Origin: a virus
DNA: 64,000 nucleotides
Virus record (IMG/VR): IMGVR_UViG_3300010883_008292
Coordinates: 1-64,000 of that record
Direction: 5' to 3' (one strand)
The position numbers and the translations under genes are program-made. The notes beneath the pieces were generated by a model that saw nothing but the letters and a program-made list of their open reading frames with translations, ran no database searches and was not told the origin of the DNA. Of this stretch, positions 48,981 through 57,841 are shown piece by piece. Within the stretch, counting starts at the first letter, position 1. Each line of letters opens with the position of its first letter.

Positions 48981-50165
48981 ATGAAACAGATAGATCGAGA
49001 ACGTTTACAGGAAAAATTACAAGCCGAGGATAATGGTACAAGTGTTTTTACTCGTAAACAAATTATAGAAATAGCCACTGGACTAGGAATTGGATTCCCA
49101 GCCTGGCTTCTTAATAAACCAACCTTTAAAGTAGACAGAGGCGTGTACAATTTGGCACCCATGTTTCAAGGTTCAGGTTTGAATGTTGCAACAGCTCCAG
49201 TGGCAGCTCCTAGAGTTCCACTTGAAGTAGTTCAAACACAGCTTCCAGCAGAGCTTGTCCAAGCTAAGCTTAGGGTTGATGTCGAAGATCTTATCCCACC
49301 AAAGGATAAAACATTCGTACCCTTTGGTTTTTACAAAGATTTGAAAAAGGTGTTACAAGGTAACATGTTTTATCCAATATTCATTAGTGGCTTATCAGGC
49401 AATGGTAAAACCACAATGGCAGAACAAGTATGTGCAGCTCTTAAAAGAGAAGCCATACGAGTAAACGTTAGTATTGAAACCGACGAGGACGATTTGATCG
49501 GTGGTAATACTTTAATTGATGGTAACGTTGTCTATAGGGAAGGGCCCGTCCTCACCGCGATGAAGCGGGGTGCTGTTCTCATACTTGATGAAATTGATAG
49601 GGGTTCAAACAAGTTGATGTGCTTACAAGCCATCCTTGAGGGGAAGCCTTATTTCAACAAGAAGACAGGCGAAACCATAACTCCTGTTCCCGGCTTCAAC
49701 ATAGTGGCAACCGCCAATACGAAGGGTCGAGGATCAGATGATGGCAAATTCATAAGTGCCAATATACTCGACGAGGCATTCCTGGAAAGGTTTGCGATCA
49801 CCGTGGAGCAGGAGTACCCTACAATGTCTACGGAGAAGAAAATAGTTATCAAGAAAATGGAAAAAGTGAATAACGTAGACGAAGGTTTTGCTACTCACTT
49901 AGTTACATGGTCCGACGTAATAAGAAAAACTTACTACGAAGGAGCTATTGATGAGCTAATTTCAACACGTAGATTGGAGCACATCGTGAACGCTTATGCA
50001 GTTTTTGGAGACAAAAAGAAAGCAGTTCAACTATGTGTTAATAGATTTGATGATGATACTAAAACAGCATTCATCGACTTGTACACTAAGGTGGATCCAA
50101 CAGTAGAGCTTGAAGAGAAAGAGGAAACTGAACAGGAAATACATGAGGACTACAATGACGAATAG
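48981..50165 (+). CDS. MoxR-type AAA+ ATPase (phage CobS-like)
   Basis: GLSGNGKT, LILDEID, ATANTKGRG, LDEAFLERF, ISTRRL. Confidence 0.92.
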   Translation: MKQIDRERLQEKLQAEDNGTSVFTRKQIIEIATGLGIGFPAWLLNKPTFKVDRGVYNLAPMFQGSGLNVATAPVAAPRVPLEVVQTQLPAELVQAKLRVDVEDLIPPKDKTFVPFGFYKDLKKVLQGNMFYPIFISGLSGNGKTTMAEQVCAALKREAIRVNVSIETDEDDLIGGNTLIDGNVVYREGPVLTAMKRGAVLILDEIDRGSNKLMCLQAILEGKPYFNKKTGETITPVPGFNIVATANTKGRGSDDGKFISANILDEAFLERFAITVEQEYPTMSTEKKIVIKKMEKVNNVDEGFATHLVTWSDVIRKTYYEGAIDELISTRRLEHIVNAYAVFGDKKKAVQLCVNRFDDDTKTAFIDLYTKVDPTVELEEKEETEQEIHEDYNDE

Positions 50166-50457
50166 TGCTGAGACTTCCTTTAAAAAGGTACCAGAGTATA
50201 AGTTTGACGAAGGGGAGCTCATAGACGAGCTCCGTCGTTACATCGACGCAACATACGGCAACGGACATTACTCCTCAGATAAGTTTCAGGCAACTGAATT
50301 TATTATTGATGGAGGACATGGAACCGGATTTTGTATAGGAAATATCCTAAAGTATGCACAAAGGTATGGTAAGAAAGGAACCCATGAAGATGCCAGAGCA
50401 GACTTACTTAAGGTCTTACACTACGCATTGATTGCTTTATATGTTCACGACAATTAG
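50155..50457 (+). CDS. DUF3310-like conserved phage protein
   Basis: YKFDEG, HYS, GFCIGNILKYAQRYGKK, DLLKVLHYA. Confidence 0.75.
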   Translation: MTNSAETSFKKVPEYKFDEGELIDELRRYIDATYGNGHYSSDKFQATEFIIDGGHGTGFCIGNILKYAQRYGKKGTHEDARADLLKVLHYALIALYVHDN

Positions 50458-50475
50458 GCATTTAAACAACCAAAC

Positions 50476-50497
50476 AGGCCTGTTTAGCAGGCCTTTT
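50476..50497 (+). terminator. intrinsic terminator
   Basis: aggcctgt-tta-gcaggcct followed by a T tract. Confidence 0.7.
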
Positions 50498-50500
50498 CCT

Positions 50501-50508
50501 TATAAATA
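50501..50508 (+). promoter_or_regulatory. T4 late promoter
   Basis: TATAAATA immediately after the terminator. Confidence 0.8.
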
Positions 50509-50548
50509 AGAGTAATAATAAGTATAAACTATAATTTTGGAGTAAGAA

Positions 50549-50881
50549 ATGGCATACACACGAACAGTTACAATGACTAGACCTAATACAGGTGTAGAAC
50601 TGCCAAAGATATCTGACACACATGCAGATCATGATGCGATATGTAGAACAAAGTTTGCAGAAGCAGGTGTAACTAAGTCTTACACTTGGGATTCTAACGA
50701 GTTAGTTCTCTCGGTAGTATCAGAGGCAGCAGACAAAGCAACAATGCTCGCTGTACTTGATGACTTGAATACATTACCAGCTGAAGCAGCCTCAATGGCA
50801 GCAGTTAAGGCATCATGTATAGCAGTAGGTATATCAGTACGAATAGCGGACAGCGACGGCGAAGAATACACGAACTTTTAA
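50549..50881 (+). CDS. hypothetical late protein
   Basis: GGAG SD; first ORF after the late promoter. Confidence 0.7.
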   Translation: MAYTRTVTMTRPNTGVELPKISDTHADHDAICRTKFAEAGVTKSYTWDSNELVLSVVSEAADKATMLAVLDDLNTLPAEAASMAAVKASCIAVGISVRIADSDGEEYTNF

Positions 50882-50897
50882 GTAGGAAATTTATATT

Positions 50898-51656
50898 ATG
50901 AGCGAAAGTGTAACTTACAATGTAGATGGCCACGTCGCAGTTTTAACTATACACGGCGAAGGTCCTGTAAATATTTTACAAAAACCCTTTTACCAAGGAT
51001 ACAATGACGCCCTAGTTCAATTCAGAGATGATGATACTAGGGTTCTTGTTATACAATCAGGCAATCCCAATCATTTCACAGCAGGCTTTGATGTCGCAGG
51101 TTTACTGCCAGGCATGAGAGATGGAAGTGTTGGTACCACAATAACAGATGGCGACATGGTAACACCAAAGCCTATTGTGGTATCTATTAAAGGTGTCTGT
51201 GTAGGAGAGGGTTTTGGAATAATGTTAGCGGGTGATTTTGTTTTTGCAGATGAGGGTAGCATATTTAAATGTCCTGAAGTTACACTAGGATTTAATGCAG
51301 TCACCATGCAAGTAAAATTAGCTCAAAGAATAGGACATGCTAGAGCCATGGAGTTTATGACTCTAGGTGAGGCACATGATGTAGAATGGTTAGACAAAGT
51401 AGGCCTTTGTACTCAAAGATGTTCAGGCGACTCCGATGAGAGAGCTTTAGCATACGCACATCGTATAGCCACAGAGTGTGGACCAATTGCTGTAAGGGGT
51501 ACTAAGGGAGCAGTATGGCATACATTAAACTCTAATATGGATGAGGCTGTTGACTTTGCTCTTTGGGCTAAGGACCTTTGTTTAGAATCAAAGGATGCTG
51601 AAGAAGGCATAGCAGCATTTTATGAAAAGAGGCCACCGGTTTTTAATAATGAATAG
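50898..51656 (+). CDS. enoyl-CoA hydratase/isomerase (crotonase) family protein
   Basis: FTAGFDV, KPIVVSIKGVCVGEG, CPEVTLG, DAEEGIAAFYEKRPPVF. Confidence 0.9.
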   Translation: MSESVTYNVDGHVAVLTIHGEGPVNILQKPFYQGYNDALVQFRDDDTRVLVIQSGNPNHFTAGFDVAGLLPGMRDGSVGTTITDGDMVTPKPIVVSIKGVCVGEGFGIMLAGDFVFADEGSIFKCPEVTLGFNAVTMQVKLAQRIGHARAMEFMTLGEAHDVEWLDKVGLCTQRCSGDSDERALAYAHRIATECGPIAVRGTKGAVWHTLNSNMDEAVDFALWAKDLCLESKDAEEGIAAFYEKRPPVFNNE

Positions 51657-52617
51657 CAACAAACGTTGCAGCAAAATAACACTAGGCGAACACGGCTTGA
51701 TATCATATCAGGCAACCCCTGGCGAGGAATATAAGTGGCTGCTACATGAATCATTTGAATGGTTTAGTAAAGCAAAAGAAAAACACGGACCAACGTGGAA
51801 ATATTATGACAACGATACTGATCCCATCAGTTACAAATTTGACTCTTTAGGTTTCAGATCTGATTATGAATTAGCAGACGTGGAAGGTGATTGGGTATTG
51901 TGTATGGCAGAATGTATTGGTGTAGGTCCTGGTTTACATGACAGAGACTTAGCCTTTAGAATCCTAGAAGAAAGAATGGGCATTCCTTTTTATAATGCAT
52001 CTACTTATGGTGGAAGGCTAGAGAATATTCCTTTTAATCTTTTACAGTTAAGCAAGTATTGGAAAACACCACCCAAACAAATGATATTCCTTGGGTCACA
52101 AAACTCAACAGGTATATCAGTAGGCACACCAGGGGTGCCGGTTAACATAAAGAATATAGATTACATGCCAGCATCAATTCATCTCGATACCAAACAGCTA
52201 CTCTTTGCATATCAATCTATGGGTGTAGCAAAGTGGCAGCACATGCTCATGATGAAGACTATAATTAGGCTTGCTGAGCATTGGAATATACCTGCCCTGT
52301 GGATAGATCTAACATCAAACACATTAGAAGACATGTCTGAAGAGTCGACGTACAATCTAATAGATGATAGTGAGCTATCTATTGTTCATGAGGACATGTC
52401 CCACAGTATTGGAATCAAGTTATCAGGAGACCCTGAAACGGATATACAAATAATGAGTGATATGTTCTTAAAACCAGTAACAAATCATGAACCACCAGCA
52501 GGGACTACTTTGGATGATGTTGCCAGAGATCTTTTGCATCCTTCAGCAGCAGTCCACTTATCTCTTGCAGACAAAATTGAATTTGAATTAGATTGTTCTG
52601 GTACTCTTAACAGTTGA
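51649..52617 (+). CDS. SGNH-hydrolase-like protein, atypical
   Basis: YKFDSLGFRSD, VLCMAECIGVG at the block-I position, ARDLLHP (DxxH). Confidence 0.5.
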   Translation: MNSNKRCSKITLGEHGLISYQATPGEEYKWLLHESFEWFSKAKEKHGPTWKYYDNDTDPISYKFDSLGFRSDYELADVEGDWVLCMAECIGVGPGLHDRDLAFRILEERMGIPFYNASTYGGRLENIPFNLLQLSKYWKTPPKQMIFLGSQNSTGISVGTPGVPVNIKNIDYMPASIHLDTKQLLFAYQSMGVAKWQHMLMMKTIIRLAEHWNIPALWIDLTSNTLEDMSEESTYNLIDDSELSIVHEDMSHSIGIKLSGDPETDIQIMSDMFLKPVTNHEPPAGTTLDDVARDLLHPSAAVHLSLADKIEFELDCSGTLNS

Positions 52618-52642
52618 TTCCAGGTTACAGATAGTCTATAAT
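52614..52642 (+). promoter_or_regulatory. sigma70-like GGTT-type promoter of gene 45
   Basis: TTGATTccaGGTT...-N17-TATAAT. Confidence 0.8.
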
Positions 52643-52677
52643 ATACATAATAAAGAATAAATCTTTGGAGTAATATA

Positions 52678-53334
52678 ATGAAAATAAGCACAGGCACTCT
52701 TGATATCCTCAAGAACTTTGCAACAATTAATACGAACATTCTCGTTCGTGAAGGGAACACATTATCCACAATAAGCACAGGCAAAAATATATTTGCTAGG
52801 GCAGAGCTTGGTGATAGTTTTCCAAAAGAATTTGCAATCTATGATTTAAATAGTTTGCTTTCACTACTAACCCTAATGGAAGATACTGATGTTGACTTTC
52901 AAGACGAAAGTTTAAAAGTTAGTAAAGGTACATCTGTTTTTGAATACTTCTATGCAGACCCTAACATAATAGTTAGTGCACCTGATAAGAGTATTGAAGT
53001 AGATAACTTCTTCCAGTTTGACTTTACAAAAGACGATATTGATATGATATTAAAAGCAGCAGCTATTACAGCAGCTCCTATGTTAAGCATCGTTGGTAAA
53101 GATAAGGAAGTAGTAGTAACAGTTAGTGATCCTAGCACACCTAAGTCTAACAGCTTTAGGCAAGTAATAGGCACAACTGATAAAGAATTTGATGCTAGAC
53201 TAGCAATAGAAAACTTTAAGGTAGTACCTGGAAGTTATAGCGTTACACTTTCAACTAAGAAATTTATGTTCTTAGAAAGCAGTAATGGCGAATTAAAATA
53301 TTGGTTAGCATTAGAACGTTCATCTCAAATATAG
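52678..53334 (+). CDS. 45: sliding clamp gp45
   Basis: ILKNFATIN, FAIYDLNSLL, YWLALE. Confidence 0.95.
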   Translation: MKISTGTLDILKNFATINTNILVREGNTLSTISTGKNIFARAELGDSFPKEFAIYDLNSLLSLLTLMEDTDVDFQDESLKVSKGTSVFEYFYADPNIIVSAPDKSIEVDNFFQFDFTKDDIDMILKAAAITAAPMLSIVGKDKEVVVTVSDPSTPKSNSFRQVIGTTDKEFDARLAIENFKVVPGSYSVTLSTKKFMFLESSNGELKYWLALERSSQI

Positions 53335-53343
53335 GAGTAGTTT

Positions 53344-53526
53344 ATGAATGAAGATAATTTAGAGGTAACTCTAAGAGAAGCCACCAACGGATGGATCGTT
53401 GAGTTTAATAGGTTTGGAGAAACCATAGAGTACATCTTTACTCGTCCCAACCCAGCAATATCGCTTGTCAGAAAAGTAATGAAGGGTGAGTTAGATATTT
53501 TTAATAGAGACGAAGCAGATGAGTAG
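53344..53526 (+). CDS. hypothetical protein
   Basis: AGGAG SD; overlaps the next gene. Confidence 0.65.
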   Translation: MNEDNLEVTLREATNGWIVEFNRFGETIEYIFTRPNPAISLVRKVMKGELDIFNRDEADE

Positions 53527-54139
53527 GTTACCAGAACAAATACCACAAGCAACCTTTCATAAAAGGCTGATGCTGACATCAGGTGAAGAAAAATGGGTTA
53601 CATTAACAACGGATGATCTTTTTAAAGATAAGACCGTAATAGTTTTTGCCTTACCTGGAGCATTTACACCTACATGTTCAGGACAACAGCTTCCTGGATT
53701 TGAAAATTTGTATAGTGAGTTTAGAGAACTAGGCATAGATGACATCTATTGCATTAGTGTTAATGACACATTCGTTATGGAAGAGTGGAGAGATAAACAA
53801 GGAATTGTAAACGTTAAGCTGATACCAGATGGTAGTGGCGAGTTTACAATTAAAATGGGCATGGATGTTCGTAAAGACAACCTAGGTTTCGGAATGAGGT
53901 CCTGGAGATATGCTGCAGTAGTAACTGACGGCACAATAGTCAAGTCCTTTATTGAAGAAGGCTTCCAAGACAATGCAGAAGCAGATCCTTATGACGTTAG
54001 TACACCTGAAAATGTATTACAGTCCGTACAAGAAGCGGTAAAAGAAGTAACTTTTATAGACGACGTGTATGATAGTGTCGGTACTAATATAGAACTGAAC
54101 TTTACAGATACGACTTCTGTTAAGGAGAAATTTGGATAG
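53519..54139 (+). CDS. peroxiredoxin (Prx5-type)
   Basis: LPGAFTPTCS, SVNDTFVM, DGSGEFT, GMRSWRYA. Confidence 0.93.
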   Translation: MSRLPEQIPQATFHKRLMLTSGEEKWVTLTTDDLFKDKTVIVFALPGAFTPTCSGQQLPGFENLYSEFRELGIDDIYCISVNDTFVMEEWRDKQGIVNVKLIPDGSGEFTIKMGMDVRKDNLGFGMRSWRYAAVVTDGTIVKSFIEEGFQDNAEADPYDVSTPENVLQSVQEAVKEVTFIDDVYDSVGTNIELNFTDTTSVKEKFG

Positions 54140-54193
54140 ACCTTTTTTCGACGGAAAAAAATCAAAGATATTTTGGAGCAAAAAAACTAAATC

Positions 54194-55132
54194 ATGAAAC
54201 CAGAACAATTTTTATGGGTTGAAAAATACCGTCCACATAATATACAAGACTGTATATTGCCCGATGATGTAAAAACAACTTTTCAGCAGTTTATTGCTAA
54301 AAAGGAAATCCCTAACTTACTATTAAGTGGTTCAGCAGGAACCGGTAAAACAACCCTAGCGCGTGCATTGTGCGAAGAACTTGGTTGTGACTATATAGTT
54401 ATTAATGGTAGTGATGAGGGTAGGCAGATAGATACCTTAAGAACTAAGATCCGAGGATTTGCATCAGCAGTATCTTTTGAGGGTAAGACTAAGGTAGTTA
54501 TACTCGACGAGGCTGACTATTTGAACAGAGAAAGTGTTCAACCAGCACTACGGGCGTTCATAGAGAACTTTTCGTCGAATTGTAGGTTTATCTTTACTTG
54601 TAACTATATAAATAGACTTATTACACCGTTGCACAGTAGAACGACTGTAGTGGACTTCAAAATAACCCCTGCAGACCGCCCTCAGCTCGCTGCTAAGTTC
54701 CTTCAAAGGATGCAGTATATCCTTACTAATGAAGGAGTTGAGTACTCTGAGAAAGTGTTAGCGGAGCTCTTAATGAAGTATTTTCCTGATTATCGTAGGG
54801 TCATAAATGAACTACAAAGGTACTCAGTAGCAGGAAAAATAGATGAGGGTGTACTAAGTAACTTCCAGGAAATCAACGCTAAGCAGCTCATAGAGAGCCT
54901 TAGGGACAAAGATTGGAAGAAGATGAGACAGTGGGTAGCCAATAATGTGGATACTGACCCTCAGGGTATATTTAGACAGATATACGATACACTAATACCC
55001 GAAGTTAAGTTTGTTTCACAGCTAGTAGTCTTAATTGCCGAATATCAGTATAAAGCGGCCTTTGTAGCAGATCAAGAAATTAACCTAACTGCGTGTTTGA
55101 CAGAAATCATGGCAAATGTGGATTTTGAATGA
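54194..55132 (+). CDS. 44: clamp loader large subunit gp44
   Basis: WVEKYRP, GSAGTGKT, LDEAD, LHSRT. Confidence 0.96.
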   Translation: MKPEQFLWVEKYRPHNIQDCILPDDVKTTFQQFIAKKEIPNLLLSGSAGTGKTTLARALCEELGCDYIVINGSDEGRQIDTLRTKIRGFASAVSFEGKTKVVILDEADYLNRESVQPALRAFIENFSSNCRFIFTCNYINRLITPLHSRTTVVDFKITPADRPQLAAKFLQRMQYILTNEGVEYSEKVLAELLMKYFPDYRRVINELQRYSVAGKIDEGVLSNFQEINAKQLIESLRDKDWKKMRQWVANNVDTDPQGIFRQIYDTLIPEVKFVSQLVVLIAEYQYKAAFVADQEINLTACLTEIMANVDFE

Positions 55133-55302
55133 CAAAAGATTATAATGAAGCAGGCAAGGCAACTGCAAGAATTGATATTCGCGTTCCCAAAGAATTAAAA
55201 GCGGAATTAAAGGCAGAAGCGAAAAAACGTAAAATCTCTATAACTGAGCTTTTGCTCGAGAGTTACAGAGAATCAAAAGAGAAAGATTTTGGTTTTAACT
55301 AG
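55129..55302 (+). CDS. 57-aa ribbon-helix-helix DNA-binding protein (not in the ORF track)
   Basis: Manual translation ...ARIDIRVPKELKAELKAEAKKRKISITELL...; ATGA-coupled to gene 44. Confidence 0.75.
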   Translation: MTKDYNEAGKATARIDIRVPKELKAELKAEAKKRKISITELLLESYRESKEKDFGFN

Positions 55303-55313
55303 AGGATCCAAAA

Positions 55314-56594
55314 ATGAAAACCTTAATAGGCGTAATAGCAGTTACACTATTACTGGTATTTGCCAGTAAAGTTTATTCTGATGAAGTAACCTACGTTGAT
55401 GAAATCTCATCAATAATTAATAATAATTGTGTTGTATGTCACCGTCAAGGTGGTATAGGTCCAATGAGTTTTGAGTCTTATGATCAAATAAGGCCATGGG
55501 CACCACTGATTTCATACAAAGTAATGACAAGAGAAATGCCACCATATGCGTATGATCACGGCATTGGCATTCAAGACTTACAAGGCGACTGGAGATTATC
55601 TCAAAAGGATATAGACACAGTAGTTGAGTGGGTAGACCAAGGAGCAACATATGGCAATAGAGACATTGTAATACAGCGCCCTGAATTAAGAGATTTAGAT
55701 GCATGGAGTTTTGAGGCTGACTTTGGCCGTCCAAACTTAGTAATCCCATCAATACCTATAGACATTCCAGCCAGTGGAAATGATATGTGGCATAAACATC
55801 TTGTACCTTCTGGACTTACAGAGGATAGATGTATTAAAGCAATACAAGTTAAACCACGAGGGGAAGCTAAAGCTGTAGTCCATCACGCTAATTCTAATAT
55901 TATATTAGATGGTGAACGGCAAGGTGGAATGCTTACTGAATATGCAATGGGTAAGTGGGGCGAAGTAGTCCCTGATGGAGTTTGTAGAACATTTCCAGCG
56001 AACTCACAAGTGCGTTGGGATATTCATATGTTTCCAGGTGGAGTAGGAGCTACTGCACAAGGAGAAATGGTTAAGGATAATGTTGTTGAAATTGGCCTAT
56101 GGTTTCATGAGCCAGGATTTGAGCCAAAGTATAAGCAAGATTTAAGTTTATATAGGCTAGGAGATCAGGCTGATATAGTTATTCCGCCTAATGGATATTA
56201 CATGACACAAGGGTTTCAATCTTTTGATCACCCTGTAAGAATAGACAGTTGGCAACCACATGGACATTTAAGAATGAACGCTGCTAGTTTGGAAATTTTC
56301 CATCCTGAAACAGGACGTACTGAAGAAATAAGCCAAGTATCAAATTGGAGCGCCACCTGGCATCACAGTCATATATTTGCTCCAGGGGCTGCACCATTAT
56401 TGCCTACAGGATCAGTTTTAATAATGAAACAATGGTACGACAACACAAGCGACAATCCTAATAATCCAGACCCAGATATGTGGGTAGTTGGTGGTAGTAG
56501 AACAGGCGATGAGATGACTCATAACTGGATGGCTATTACCCATTTGGACGACGAGGGTTACAATAAACTAAAGGAAAAACGAGATAATATTTAA
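55314..56594 (+). CDS. exported c-type cytochrome / type-II copper monooxygenase (PHM-like) fusion
   Basis: Signal peptide; CVVCH and EMPP; HH (VVHHA) and DIHM; PHGH and DEM. Confidence 0.8.
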   Translation: MKTLIGVIAVTLLLVFASKVYSDEVTYVDEISSIINNNCVVCHRQGGIGPMSFESYDQIRPWAPLISYKVMTREMPPYAYDHGIGIQDLQGDWRLSQKDIDTVVEWVDQGATYGNRDIVIQRPELRDLDAWSFEADFGRPNLVIPSIPIDIPASGNDMWHKHLVPSGLTEDRCIKAIQVKPRGEAKAVVHHANSNIILDGERQGGMLTEYAMGKWGEVVPDGVCRTFPANSQVRWDIHMFPGGVGATAQGEMVKDNVVEIGLWFHEPGFEPKYKQDLSLYRLGDQADIVIPPNGYYMTQGFQSFDHPVRIDSWQPHGHLRMNAASLEIFHPETGRTEEISQVSNWSATWHHSHIFAPGAAPLLPTGSVLIMKQWYDNTSDNPNNPDPDMWVVGGSRTGDEMTHNWMAITHLDDEGYNKLKEKRDNI

Positions 56595-56707
56595 TGAAAG
56601 AAAATTTAAAACACTATGCACATATTGTTGTGGCAGTTGGGTGGTCAATGACAGTAGCATATATTGCCATAACATTACCGTTATGGATTATAGCCTTTGC
56701 TATATAG
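56594..56707 (+). CDS. 37-aa membrane peptide (not in the ORF track)
   Basis: Manual translation; TAATG overlap with the upstream stop; hydrophobic. Confidence 0.5.
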   Translation: MKENLKHYAHIVVAVGWSMTVAYIAITLPLWIIAFAI

Positions 56708-56716
56708 GAAAAGAAA

Positions 56717-56908
56717 ATGAAAGCTAAATACTTATTAATGGTTACACTAACAGTCGTAGGATGCTCAGGCACAGTAAACGACCTTCCATATCATTGGGAA
56801 GATGGCATGCCACGTTTTGAATGGGTAGAGCCTGTTGTATTCCAAATGAATTTGGAAAGATGTAGACGCGCTACGGTTTGTAAAGCTGAAACATTATTTG
56901 ATAAATGA
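56717..56908 (+). CDS. small putative lipoprotein
   Basis: MKAK, hydrophobic stretch, VVGC lipobox. Confidence 0.65.
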   Translation: MKAKYLLMVTLTVVGCSGTVNDLPYHWEDGMPRFEWVEPVVFQMNLERCRRATVCKAETLFDK

Positions 56909-57369
56909 CTGACAAAGCAATATTAGAAGGATTCGGTGACCCTGTAGAAGAGGTCGTCGAAGATCAATTCCAGGAGAAATTGAAGAAAATCTCTCCGTTT
57001 GATTTTGTGAATTCCATTAACTTTACAAAAGAAGATTTAATGGTTGATGAGAGAACTGAGAATGAGTATAATGCTTTTATTGTAAATAGAGCAATGGGCA
57101 TGGGTCCTGATACAGTTATAGCAGGAAACGAAATGAACAGGTTTTCTCATATTGATAAAAAATTACAATATGATTTTTTGAGAGGAGTAGTAAGAAAGGC
57201 AAAACGATATAATAAATGGCTAAAATCTGAAGAGGAGAATATTGACGCGATACAACGATTTTTTGGCTACAGTTTTAATAAAGCAAAAGAGGCTTTAAGA
57301 CTTTTATCTGAAACAGATATAGACGTTATAAAACTGTACCTTAATACGTCAAAAGGTGGTAAAATATAA
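56905..57369 (+). CDS. 62: clamp loader small subunit gp62
   Basis: PFDFVNSIN, YNAFIVNR, NEMN, LQYDFL, YSFNKAKEAL, KGG. Confidence 0.92.
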   Translation: MTDKAILEGFGDPVEEVVEDQFQEKLKKISPFDFVNSINFTKEDLMVDERTENEYNAFIVNRAMGMGPDTVIAGNEMNRFSHIDKKLQYDFLRGVVRKAKRYNKWLKSEEENIDAIQRFFGYSFNKAKEALRLLSETDIDVIKLYLNTSKGGKI

Positions 57370-57372
57370 ATA
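57365..57372 (+). promoter_or_regulatory. T4 late promoter
   Basis: TATAAATA upstream of regA. Confidence 0.7.
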
Positions 57373-57418
57373 AAACATAACCTAATAATTTATATGATAC
57401 AAACAAGGCGTATTGAGA

Positions 57419-57841
57419 ATGAGTGATCAAGATAATTACTTCAACATTGACTATCCAGGGTATTCACCCTTAGAAATCACATTGAAGGATCCAGAAGATT
57501 TCCTGAAAGTCAGGGAAACCCTATCGCGAATAGGTGTTGCTTCAAAAAAAGAAAAAGTTCTATATCAGTCGTGCCACATCTTACATAAAAAAGGCAGATA
57601 CTTTATAACACATTTTAAAGAATTATTTGCACTTGATGGCAAAGAGGCAGACTTCCAAGATAACGACATAGAGAGGCGAAATACAATAGCCAAGCTATTA
57701 TCAGATTGGGGATTAGTATTATTAGTAGATCCAGAACCAGAAGAGTTTGCCCCTTTAAGTCAGATAAAAATTATATCATTTAAAGAAAAAGGTGAATGGG
57801 AATTAGTCCCTAAATACAACATTGGTAAAAAAATCAAATAG
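57419..57841 (+). CDS. regA: translational repressor RegA
   Basis: DFLKVRETLSRIGVAS, LYQSCHILHK, HFKELFALDG, KYNIG. Confidence 0.96.
   Translation: MSDQDNYFNIDYPGYSPLEITLKDPEDFLKVRETLSRIGVASKKEKVLYQSCHILHKKGRYFITHFKELFALDGKEADFQDNDIERRNTIAKLLSDWGLVLLVDPEPEEFAPLSQIKIISFKEKGEWELVPKYNIGKKIK

Noticed and set aside
46454-50165. Cobalamin biosynthesis (cobS/cobT) as a metabolic pathway
   Set aside because: No cobN or other cob genes in the window; this is the common phage MoxR-VWA pair.
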